A stretch of DNA of 62,775 bases, counting the filler, from Klebsormidium nitens (Eukaryota; Plantae; Klebsormidiophyceae): NCBI GenBank assembly GCA_000708835.1. It is 7 parts of 7 records of this genome, joined end to end, with 100 filler letters (N's around TTAATTAATTAA, not from the genome) between each part and the next. Parts side by side here need not be neighbours in the genome. Positions count along the whole stretch, not along the records: positions 47,239 to 54,839 come from DF238345.1; positions 54,940 to 59,541 come from DF238516.1; positions 59,642 to 62,775 come from DF238067.1; 4 more parts are not named here. One strand, written 5' to 3'. Both the position numbers and the translations under genes were made by a program. The notes beneath the pieces were generated by a model, which saw nothing but the letters and a program-made list of their open reading frames with translations, was not told the DNA's origin and did not search any database. Below are positions 51,401-62,775 of this stretch, piece by piece (within the stretch, counting starts at the first letter, position 1; each line of letters begins with the position of its first letter).

Positions 51401-53819
51401 NNNNNNNNNNNNNNNNNNNNNNNNNNNNNNNNNNNNNNNNNNNNNNNNNNNNNNNNNNNNNNNNNNNNNNNNNNNNNNNNNNNNNNNNNNNNNNNNNNNN
51501 NNNNNNNNNNNNNNNNNNNNNNNNNNNNNNNNNNNNNNNNNNNNNNNNNNNNNNNNNNNNNNNNNNNNNNNNNNNNNNNNNNNNNNNNNNNNNNNNNNNN
51601 NNNNNNNNNNNNNNNNNNNNNNNNNNNNNNNNNNNNNNNNNNNNNNNNNNNNNNNNNNNNNNNNNNNNNNNNNNNNNNNNNNNNNNNNNNNNNNNNNNNN
51701 NNNNNNNNNNNNNNNNNNNNNNNNNNNNNNNNNNNNNNNNNNNNNNNNNNNNNNNNNNNNNNNNNNNNNNNNNNNNNNNNNNNNNNNNNNNNNNNNNNNN
51801 NNNNNNNNNNNNNNNNNNNNNNNNNNGAACTGGCTCGGGGTTTAACTCGCGGCCGCACTACACATTAATGACACAAGTCCGCGCGACCCGCTTGCGCATA
51901 GCTACCGTGGGATCTCCGCGATGGGCTCGGAAAACTAGCGGCGTTAGAATCCTCCCCCCTTAAGAGCGAAACTCCGGAGAGCTGCAAAAGGTACAAGTCA
52001 ATGAGAGACGGGGCCCGGCGTTGAGTGAGGGCTGTAGCAGGCTGCCTAGCCCATCACTCAGCACCGGGCTTGCTTCTGGTCACCCTGTACTATGAAACAA
52101 GTCGGTAAATTTTACCTTATAAACACTGGAACTAGTGGATATAATTTCTATGGGTCCGATCGTATGGTGGACAGTGACCGCCGGTCTAATTCCGGTTCCG
52201 CGCGACGCATCGAGCGACGCAGATTTCACCGCGGAACTTAGAAGATCATCGACGGCAAAAAGTCATCCTCGCGAGGTTTGAACTTTGCCGCATTGGTATC
52301 CGGTGATCTCACGCTGCGTTCAGCAAACTTTTGCAACGTCAGCAAAACGGCTAAACCCAATGTGCAACCTAGTGTCTAACTTGTGTTGCAAATTGACTTC
52401 AGTGGTTATAGCCTAACGTGTAGAAAAACATATTTCACGTTAGCAGAAAGGGCCAGCGACCGCTTTTGCCTGGGGTGGTATGCTGCTCACCCGGTTCATT
52501 CGGTGGTCAATTGGCCCTTGGATGCTATAGCCAAAACAAGCTTATGATGTCTGCAAAAAGGAAGGGACGATCACGCTAGCGTGATGAGCAGGCCGCTCAT
52601 CCGCTCCGTCACGGGTAAAGCCTTCCCTGCAGACCTCCCGTCAGAATAAAACTTATAAACTAACGTCAGTTGTCACTCGACAATAGAGCTGAGCATCGGC
52701 GATATGTGGTAGTCTACCACTACATCCTCGATGCCCTAACTCTGCTCTGGAAGTTCCAAATTAACCCTTTATTGAAAACTTCCTGACAATGTCAGTAAAA
52801 AGGCGTTACGGAGAGTGTCAATGCTGAGTATGCTACCCAGCCTGCACTGCGTAAACCCGCCTTCCGCAATGTCCCTTTGTAAGTTTATTTCATGATCTGT
52901 GAACATCAGCAAAAGTGTAGGACGGAGTTCCGGGAAGATGGCTTTTAGACCACACTCTTAGGGGACTTAGTCCTACGTTGAGGCTAATCAACATTGAATT
53001 TATAACTTGGAATCAACGCTGCTTAGCTGATCACAGACTGTGGGAAACAGCCATGCACTTCTTGACGAACGCACATGCGTACGGAGCAAAATGGATGCTC
53101 CGGGGTTTGAACCCAGTAAGCTAGGCCTGGCTGTTTGCGGCGTTGCCGGACATCCGTCACGGGATAGCGACGCAATGTCTACTAAGTGAGCGCTCTGCGG
53201 TTGCAAAGGGGGTTACCCAACGCGGGTCAGCCTCCCGAAGGACTTGACCCCCGACTTACGAACTGATCAGTTCCCTGGAAGTTCCGGAAGCTCGTCCTAC
53301 TGAGCCTGATAACCCGCTAGGTCACCAATACTGACCAACATCCTAGTTGATTCTCAAACCCCTTGATTTCTGGTATTTAAAGACGGGTAACTTCATCGAG
53401 AAGTCTTGTGGGTCCACTTGGATCTCAACCGCCGATAATTTGACGGTTCCGCCTGGGTTCCGTTTCGTTCCACTCCAAAAAGGAATCGGGCTCAGATCGT
53501 CCCGCTTGGGAGTGCGCGTGGTGGCTAGCAACGTCAAGCTGCCATTGCCAATTATCTTCTTTGCCCGTGCTGACTACGAAGCACCAGTGCAAATATATGA
53601 AGATAACCTTCTGACTACTGTGACACTGTGGGTCTAAGAACACAGCAGAGAAGCCCACTTGATCATGACACGTGGCAGAGCAACGGTGGTAGGCATCTCG
53701 TAGAAGGTCGGCGGAACGGCAGTCGCGACCGCGCGAACTTCGTAGTCACAGAGCCTGCAAAACTTTGAATAATAACTATGTCAGAAAACAGTTGAGAGTT
53801 GGTTTACAAAAACTCTCAG

Positions 53820-54839
53820 GTCGTTCGTGCCCTCATGGCAGCCTTACGAACTGACCTGGTGACAACCTTCTGCTTCGGCTTCTTAGCCTTAACAGGTTTC
53901 ACCTGAGCTTGAGCGGACTCGGGTACACCTTTCCTAGACTTTCCCACATAAACCCAATACTCTTCGAGAATATCCTTACAGTTGGTAAGGTTCGTCTCTG
54001 GTTACCATGTATTGTGCTCGGGCCCATACCGTGACCATTTGACCAGGAACTCTGTCTTGGTGCTTTTTCCGCGTTTAATCTTGCGGTCATCGAGTACTCT
54101 TTCGACCTCATACTCCAATGAGTCATCGATTTCGATGGGTGGTGGAGGCGGCTGCACTTTGCCATCATTTCTGTAGGGCTTCACAAGATTAACGTGAAAC
54201 ACGTTATGCATCTTGAGATTTGGTGGAAGCTTCAACTTATAAGCAACCTTGCCCACTGGTTCGATCACTTGGAACGGTCCTACCCACTTAGGCAGAAGCT
54301 TGCAAGTCCCTGGATTCGCGAGCTTAAAGTTTTGTGTTGAGAGGAGTACTTTCTCCCCCTTCGCAAAAGAGACGTCCCGTCTCTTCTGATCAGCAAAAGA
54401 CTTCATACGGGATTGTGCCGCCAAAATACTTTGTTTCGCACGCGCGAGACTCATATCCATCTGTCGCACAAAGTCAGTGGCCTGGGGGACCCGAGTTTCC
54501 CTGCCCCCATCAAGAGGTGTACGTGGGTGCTGACCAGTGTTAAACATAAACGGGGTTAACCGACTCTTGCCAAGCATTGTTCACACTGAACTCTGCAAGA
54601 TACAGCCACTCATCCCAATCGTCCTGCTGCGGACTAATGTAGTGACGCAAGTAATCCTCCAGGATACGGTTAGCCCGCTCAGTTTGTCCATCGGTCTGAG
54701 GGTGGAACGCCGTGCTCATCTTTAACTGCGTTCCTAGCAGCCGAGCTAGCTCAACCCAGAACTTGCTTGTAAACCTCGGATCTCTATCCGAAACAAGTTC
54801 TACGGGAAGTCCGTGAAGTCTAAACACGTTATGCGCAAA
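53820..54839 (-). mobile_element. Chromovirus integrase plus chromodomain fragment
   Basis: SDRDPRF, FHPQTDGQTER, GPF, HNVFHV and YEVERVLD..FLVKWSRYGPEHNTW. Frameshifted. Confidence 0.92.
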
Positions 54840-54939
54840 NNNNNNNNNNNNNNNNNNNNNNNNNNNNNNNNNNNNNNNNNNNNTTAATTAATTAANNNNN
54901 NNNNNNNNNNNNNNNNNNNNNNNNNNNNNNNNNNNNNNN

Positions 54940-55475
54940 GATTTCAGAAGCTTCGTTAGCAATTCGAGCTTTCAGCGGGTTTGCAAGCAATTCTAGCCCC
55001 AATACCGGCTCGGTGTCATTCCACACAACGCTCGGAGCACGACATGAGGGTGACGGGGAGACCGCTCTTGGTTTCATGCAATTCGTGGGAGATAACACTC
55101 CCTTTTCATGCACGTCTGCATGGGTCGTTGAGATTCGCAACTTCCGTGCCCAACGTCGTGCTTGAGACGCGTGATTCAGGGCGGCTCGCCAGCTTACCTT
55201 TATTGCATATGGGCCGTTTAGATTTGTCTTGTCCCAGTATGCGTTGAACCCATCAGCGATCAGCGACCGTACAAGCTGTCTGGTGATGTGTCGAAGATCA
55301 AATGGCTCCGTAAGAGCTCGCATGCCGGCCAGAGCCGCTGCATCCAATATTGTATCTAGCAAGCCAAACTCTTGGTACGATCGTACAATAGCTGATCGAG
55401 CGCTCTCAAGGACGCATTGTCCATCTCAATGATTGCAAAGCACGATTGAGGTCGATAGCCGAGAATTGCATCCAT
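54940..55475 (-). pseudogene. ORF-X copy 2, with one frameshift near 55405
   Basis: Begins MDAILGYRP at ATG 55475, as copy 1 does. It continues AIVRSYQEFGLLDTILDAAALAGMRAL..LRHITRQLVRSL..GF..YWD. Confidence 0.8.
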
Positions 55476-55789
55476 TCGAAACGTTGAAATATGATGCACA
55501 AAAGAATCACGAGGTACCATTGCACATAGCCGTTGTTGCTTCCCGATCTTCTGATTACAAAGTCATCAAATACATTTGATCTTCAATATCAAAGACTCGT
55601 TGTCTTCCTCCTCGCTGACGTAATGAACATCATGCCTTAAGGGTCACTGTCCAGTAATACTTCATGTAGCGCGTAGTTATCTTGAACCGATTAGGCAATC
55701 TCGGGCCAACTATGTGCCAAGCTCATTCGCATTCAACCTCCACATTCCATACACTTAAGAACTTCAACACATTACGACCAGATTACTCC

Positions 55790-58700
55790 CTAGCTTGCTA
55801 ACTGACGAACCACAATCATACATTCCTCAGAATCGTCCTTGCCTGCGGGCGAGCTTAGATCCTCTAGCAAAGGGTAACCAGACGGCCTACGCAATAAATG
55901 ATCAAGATCGCTCGCATCTACCTCGTTGAGAAACCCTCTGACCGCAGGCTCTAGCTCTCCCCGATGCTGCCAAACACGAGGGACTTCACGGAACTGCAGC
56001 TTGACGAGCTTTGCCATCCTGAGAACGCTCTTCCGATCTAGCTTGTACTTGTAGTCGCTCTTTCCGGACCCCGACTCGTACTGCTTCCCCTTCCCTCGTC
56101 GCGGGCGGCGCACCTCGATCCCCTTCCCCACCTTCAGGCCCATGTGTTCCAGCACTCCGTTTATCACCCCCTTCAATTGAACTGGATCGAGTTCAGCCTT
56201 CCCCGTTCTGGGTGCTGGCAACTGAATCTGGAACATCTCGGAAACGGGCCGCTCCGACATCGCGGATTTTGCACCGACCTGCTTAGGACAGCCTCTGAAC
56301 AGCTCCGATTTCAGGAGCCTGGCTTTGAGTCCACCTGCGAGCAGCGAGCGCGTTTCACCGCCCACGTCGAAAGGGTGCGCCAGGCCCAGGTCCTTGAGCA
56401 GCCCCCGCGCGGTCTCCGCCATTTTGGGAACGTGGCTCTGGCGAGCCACCGCCCCCTCATCGAGGAACCGCCCCGGAAGTAGCACCTTTAGGAGAAAGTC
56501 GAGCTTCTTTGAGAACGGGGGCTTGTACTCGGCCTCCGTTTCCTTGAAGAAGTGCTCGTCAAGGTCCTTCAGGCCGTAGTACTGGCAGGCCTCGTACCTC
56601 ATCACCTCGACACTCTGCGCCCCCCTGTCCCTCTTCACATCTCTCAATTTCCTCAACTCCTCATACTCCGCCGCATCGATCGCCCTCGCCCCAATAATCT
56701 TCAGCGNNNNNNNNNNNNNNNNNNNNNNNNNNNNNNNNNNNNNNNNNNNNNNNNNNNNNNNNNNNNNNNNNNNNNNNNNNNNNNNNNNNNNNNNNNNNNN
56801 NNNNNNNNNNNNNNNNNNNNNNNNNNNNNNNNNNNNNNNNNNNNNNNNNNNNNNNNNNNNNNNNNNNNNNNNNNNNNNNNNNNNNNNNNNNNNNNNNNNN
56901 NNNNNNNNNNNNNNNNNNNNNNNNNNNNNNNNNNNNNNNNNNNNNNNNNNNNNNNNNNNNNNNNNNNNNNNNNNNNNNNNNNNNNNNNNNNNNNNNNNNN
57001 NNNNNNNNNNNNNNNNNNNNNNNNNNNNNNNNNNNNNNNNNNNNNNNNGTCCGGAAGAGGGGGCCGTCCTCGATCAGCCGGACAACTTTGCCCGGGTCCT
57101 CGGACCTCGACGGGACTCGCCTCCATGCAGCCGTCACTTCGCTCATGCAAGCTTGCAGAAACTGCAGCGTCTCCGCCGTGGTCACGCGCCGTGGGGGGCC
57201 GAAGAATCCCTGCAGAAAGGAACCTCGAATTGAGCGAATCTTCATCGAAGCTCTGCCACAATCAAATGTTGTCATCTCCATCGGATTTGGAGGTTGCCCA
57301 AAAGCTCCTAAAATCCATGGCCCTCACAAAACTGCCCCCCAAACTGGCCCTCAACAAAGCTAGCCTCTGAACAGGCCCTAAAGTGGGCCCCTCGAAAGTA
57401 GCCCACCAAAGCGAGCGCTAGAGGAATCGGGCCCAAACGCGGCCCTACAAAACCGGCCAAGGGCCGAAATGGGCCTCACAAAACTGTCGCGCTATGTACG
57501 AAGACTTGCTCACTGTGTCCTTTGCAAAGCCATGCAAAGCCGGACAGTCGGACAAAGTCTAACGCAGGCACGATGATCTTCACTTCCCACCTTGAGTCGC
57601 TCAGAATGTTGGCCACAGGAGGCCCCCACGCCAGACTGGGAACCGGACGCCCGATTGAGAGGGGAATCGACAGCCACTTGCTGGTCCAGACGGTCGCCAT
57701 CAGCATGCTGCGAGTGAAAAAAAAAGATTAGTCATGTCTAATTCCCAGCAATGGAGCACGTGTCTCAGGCAGCATTGTCAACACCTTTGCAGACAAATAC
57801 TTCTGGAGGGCCGTCAAGCAGCATTCCCGAGGAGCACAGGATTGGACGATCGGACCTGAATCGCTGTGCGTTGCATGGCTCGACTCGAGCAAGACAAGAA
57901 GCGATGCGCATAGTGAGAGAGACAGACGAGATGGAACGAATACCTGCAAAGCAGACTCGTCGGCCGCGTCCGATGCATGCGGTGCCATAGCCGTCGTTCC
58001 CTGCACGTCAAAACCAAGTTGACTCCCTGATAGCGCACCAAATTTGGAGACGCAGACTTCAGCTTGAAACAAAGGCAGTGGCTTCTGCAGATTGAGCACG
58101 ATCCAAAGTTACGTGCTCAGCATCAAGCGAGTAACCTGAAAGAGCAAAGGGCAAGTGGCTTCTCCAGCTCAAGAACAATCCGCTCATTGATTGCCTAACT
58201 TGAAGCGAGTAACCTGGACGAGCTAGGCACCACATGCAGTCTCCTCACCTGCTGTTTCGGGGCGCAGAGTCGCGCGGCCGGTACCTCTTGCGCACAGTCC
58301 AGCATCACGGAGATGGACGACTGAACGAAGCAGTGGACCAGCGCGCTCTCCGTTTTCCGCACCCGCAGCGTCGCCTGCCAGGCTGCCCGAGCCGTCGTGC
58401 TCTTCTTGCACATGTAGAGGAACTTGGTGTGGAACCAGGGAACGTCGAAATTTACCCCTGCCTCGACAGTGGGGCTGTACATGAGCAAGCGAACCTTCCA
58501 GTTTTCTGCAACGTTTTTCAGGAGAGCCGTCGTTTCGCCGCCGCTCAAGGCCTTATGGATGAGGATCTCTGTGTCTGCAAGCACGAGCGAGTGCCGCGAC
58601 ATGACTTGGTCCCGGATGCGGTCCAGGACCTTCGCGGACATGCTGACGACGACCACGTTCTTGCCGGCTGCGAGGTCAGCGACTATTCGGTCCAGCCAAG

Positions 58701-59541
58701 TCTTCTCGTCCGGACCGATGCGGAACGTCAGAGGCACCTGCGCATGAAGCGATGCACAGACAATCAGCGCGCTAGGAGCTGCTTATGTGCGAAAGAGCAT
58801 TGTGTACCAAGAAAGTCCGTTTTTGAATCTAGGAACACACAAATTGTGCTATCAAACACTACTTCCAAAACAAAGGTGACGGTATGGCCGGGCCCTGTTA
58901 GCGTGCAAGGAATGCCTCAAGGTGGTCAACGCAGCACGTACCGAGACAGATCTGCCTTCTAAGGCGCTTAAAAAGGAAAGGCCGCGGCGAAAAGGCCCAA
59001 GATTCCAATCCTTAAAACCTGTTTCTATTCCCTTCGACCAAAGCAGGACGCAGCAGAGCAAGCATGCTACGTCGAGCACTTCCAAACAGCCACAGTCTAA
59101 ACGGCCGAAGCTTTGAACAACGACCGGTCCTCTCAAAGACGCGTTTCCGCATAAGCTATCATCGCTGATGAGATGCGATCAATTGGTGCCTACCGCTGCC
59201 CTTCTTGTGTTGACGACGAGCTTCCCAGGCACGTTCGCGAGTCGAAAAAAGTCGTGCTCCCGCTGCCCGTACCCGTCGTCCATGGCCAACACGCGCTTCG
59301 CCCGCTGGACAATTTCCAGGAACAGCTCACTGGTCTCCATGCCGTTCCTCAAGGTTGCCGCGGAGAGGTGCGCGAGGATGCTTGCCACCTCGTCCAGGAT
59401 TACGAGGTCGAACGGGGCAACCTCACCGATGCCGCCCGGCCGCAGGTTCAGGAGGCTGTCCACCTGAACCACAATTTCAGGGAAGTCCTTGCGGGACCGG
59501 AGGGCCGTCAGGAGGTTGTGCTTGTCGTTGGGATCCTGAAA
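55790..59541 (-). CDS. UL9/replication-origin-binding-protein-like SF2 helicase, intron-containing; 5' end lost in a gap
   Basis: Exons from at least 59541 to 59194, 58737-58249, and 57209 through an N-gap to 55790. Motifs VQVDSL, VILDEVASIL, LAMDD, YSPTVEAGVNFD and WQATLRVR, plus a basic C-terminal domain. Confidence 0.8.
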
Positions 59542-59839
59542 NNNNNNNNNNNNNNNNNNNNNNNNNNNNNNNNNNNNNNNNNNNNTTAATTAATTAANNN
59601 NNNNNNNNNNNNNNNNNNNNNNNNNNNNNNNNNNNNNNNNNCTCGTAGCTCTACATACTAACATTAGTCGACATATCCAATAATGACTATTATCGAACAT
59701 TACTTCGACTAATTAATACTGTGCCACGTGTCGCTAATAGACAGTGGACTTAGATTGACACGCGTCGCGTACCCATTGAATAGGTGAGCGTCGTTTAGAT
59801 CTGTGGGTTTGAGCGGTTAGACTTAACCATAGCCCAAAT

Positions 59840-61770
59840 GTCACATGCCTAGTACCAATAAGCTCCGTCACCCCTTTCCAAAATGCACTCGTGAACTGTG
59901 TATCACGATCTGTAATAAACTCCTTGCTCAGGCCGTGCAAACGCCAGACCTGATCAACATAGAGCTCTGCGAAATCCTTTGCAGATTAGTCTTCGCGGCA
60001 AGCTACAAAGTGCACCATCTTTGTCAGCTTATCCACAAAAACACAAATAGTCACCGTTAGTGTAATTCCCACGAGCCGTCTTAGGCAACTTGACAATAAA
60101 GTCAAACGTGACAGTCTGCCAAGCCTTTTCAGGAACGGGAAGAGGCTGCAATGCACCAAACGGCCTGTGGCGACGGGCCTTCCCTCTTTGGCACAAAACA
60201 CAGCAGGAGATATACTTGGTAACATCCTCTGTCAAAGAAGGCCACCAAAACAATCGACCAATTGCCTGTTTGGTTTTAAGTATCCCATAGTGTCCCGCGT
60301 AGTAAGTATCATGATACTCAGAGACAATCTTTCTACGCAGATCAACGTCATCAAGGACAACTCTTTGGGATTTCCTTTTTAACACAAAACCTTCCCAGGT
60401 GGTACTCAATTAGTTTGAGTCCGCCCAATTTGCATCTCGCTGGACTTTCTCAGACAACTCCCGACTGCCTTCAATAAGGGGCTTGAGCAAGAAAGGACTC
60501 AAGTCAAAAGCCGGACTATAAACACTTTGGCCACCACGAACAGAAAGAGTCTGGCCGGACATACTTCTGTTCTGGAACATTCCTCGGTTTGGTGTCGGCG
60601 GCTACACCAGCAGCAGCGAATATTGCACCGAAAGGCTGAGCCTTATCAGAGTCAACGCTCTGTAGCTGACTGGCAGTCACATTCCCCCTGCTTAACGCAT
60701 CAGCTACATTACGTTGGCCTTTAAGGTATTCCCACTTAAACACCCCAAAGCGCTGAATGAATTCTGACCAACGTGCTTGTCGCCGTGACAAACTAGGTTG
60801 CTTCTGAGAGAATGTGTTCGACACGTGGTCTGTGAACACCGTAAACTGAGCTCCTTCCAGATAGCACCGCCACACTCGCAAAGCATGAACAACAGCCAGC
60901 ATCTCCTTTTCTGTAACTGTGTAATTAAGCTCTGCCGGGTTTAACTTACGGGACTCAAACGCAATAGGATGACCCTCTTGCAGCAACACAGCACCAAGAC
61001 CGTAGTTAGCAGCATCCGTAATAACCTTATAGAGCTTCTTCTCATCAGGAGTCCTAAGCAACGGAGCTTCTATCAGAATACGTTCAAGCTTCTCAAAACT
61101 TGAAAGCATCTTGACACCGCCCAGTCCAATCCCAGCCAACAGACTTTTTCGTAAAGTTCGTCAGAGGCACTGCTATGGCCCGAAGAGAAGTGATCAATGA
61201 ACTTGCAAAAATAGTTACAGAGCCCCAGAAACGATCGTACGTCGTGAACGTTCTTAGGTACAGGCCAAGACTGAACAGCACTAACTTTCCTGGGAACATG
61301 ACGAATGCCCTGTGCATTTACAATATGCCGCAGATACTGAATCTCAGTCTGAGCAAACTTGGATTTCGCTTTTGTCGTGAACGTAGTAAAACTGTTCGCG
61401 ACGCAAGACATTCAGAACAAGCCGCACATGCGCTAGCTTGACGTTCTTTCTCAGGCTTCGAAAAGATCAGAATGTCGTCCAAGTACACAACGACAAACCT
61501 TTTTAGATAAGGCGCGAAGATTGAGTTCATCACTGTCTGAAACCTCGCCAGAGCATTCGTCAGACCTTTGGCAATCAACACCTTGAAACCGAAAAGTGTC
61601 CAAACGGCGTACGAAAAGCTGTCTTCGGACGATTTTCCTCAGAGATTAGGATCTGATGATAACCAGACGTCAGATCCAAAGAGGTGAAATACTGCGATCC
61701 ACTCACAGCATCGAACAGATCATCAATACTTGGAATCGTACATCGATTCTTAACACTAAGAATGATGGCT
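59840..61770 (-). mobile_element. Ty3/Gypsy RT-RNase H-integrase, degenerate
   Basis: [53 protein letters not shown] and ITDRDTQFTS. Many frameshifts. Confidence 0.93.
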
Positions 61771-62775
61771 AACCGTAAAATATATGTTACGCTTAAAATC
61801 TGTGCAAAAATCGCATACGCCTTTGGACTCATATTCTCAAAATCGGTCATAAGCAAGTAAAAAAGGTGTATAAGACAATGATATAACCCCAATATTCAAT
61901 TTGTGTCTAAGTTGGTCAAAACCCGCAACCATATTGAAGGGGTAAAAAGTGCCAAAAATAAGGCGTAACATGTATGTTACGCTTAAATATTCAGGTGCCA
62001 TATGATAGCTGAACCACTTTTGATGATATTATGGTGCATATGGGCTTCACTAAGGTTGTTTAGATGCCCAGATGCGGTTATGCGAGAAAATTTGGAAAAA
62101 TGGGTCCGGGCGGCAATGGTTATGTGGTTAGAAACCCGGATTTTGAGAATATCCAGGCTTTTTAGCCCCTTCAGACTTGGCTATTTCAACCATTGGGTCC
62201 GTGGTGACCCAAAAGCTCTTCAGTGGGGTCACATATGGGTATATCTTTGCTATGAACGCCCGGTTATGGTGCTTTCAAGGCAGTTGAATACTGTATTGCA
62301 TGTTATTTTGGGACAAAATGGGTGATTTTGGGGCACTGAAAATGTGGGAAATGTTAGGGCTAACCAACATTGGGTAAGATGTCATTGTTTTTGCAACATA
62401 TAAGCAATGTAGCAGTACCATAGCCCCCGTTTGTGCTTGTTGGGGTCCAAAATCCTCCCGGTAGGTACTTTGAGGGTTAAATTACCGCTTCAGGAGCATT
62501 CTGAGAACCCCAGGGTTAGAGTTAGTTAGCACAACCATACTCGGTTAACTTAACCAGCCAAACACGGGCCCCAAACCCCAGATGGAACATACAAGTGGAC
62601 TGATGGTCAATATCGACCCGGTCCATGGTTCTAAACCGAAGAATTCAAACCCGTTCGTTAAGCGTACCATATATGTAACGGCGGGTTAGCGGTGAAACGC
62701 GTGAACCCGTATACGGTCCGAAGCGGAGCGAAAAATCGACGCAATAACCCGGCCGCGACGCGCGGACGGCCGACG

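Noticed and set aside
50749-51963. Long ORFs in the track (404, 347 and 341 aa, and similar ones at 8.3-8.7 kb and 56.5-57.3 kb)
   Set aside because: They are artefacts of translating through N runs.
48450-53640. Non-coding region, probably repeat or LTR-derived, around the 1-kb gap
   Set aside because: I could not place LTR boundaries, a PBS or a PPT with confidence.
55476-55789. CATTCGCATT near 55725, resembling the herpesvirus UL9 binding box
   Set aside because: It is a single short imperfect match with no dyad partner, as expected by chance.

Overview
This is eukaryotic nuclear scaffold DNA with GT-AG introns. It looks like a streptophyte green alga such as Klebsormidium, which is an inference from gene content and style. 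Six 100-nt N-gaps carry an artificial TTAATTAATTAA linker, so adjacency across those gaps is unproven. Bases 1-14.8 kb are a nest of decayed Ty1/Copia and Ty3/Gypsy LTR retrotransposons. A spliced KDZ/Zisupton-type transposase follows at 14.9-18.4 kb. An ordinary gene island at 19-30.6 kb holds COV1-like, PhzF-like, ribosomal P1 and centrin genes. More Gypsy/chromovirus debris lies at 32-34, 47-48, 53.8-54.8 and 59.8-61.8 kb. The main candidate for a new system is a virus-like replication/integration element with no visible capsid genes at 34.6-42.6 kb. It comprises a Prim-Pol primase, a small basic ORF, an intact Polinton-like-virus-type tyrosine recombinase, an unknown ORF-X, an origin-like repeat block, and a D5/SF3 helicase whose frame is restored by five spliceosomal introns. 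A second ORF-X copy at about 55 kb sits behind a different intron-containing helicase of the UL9/origin-binding SF2 type. This suggests one element family with exchangeable replication modules. All family assignments come from motif recognition by eye; no database searches were run.
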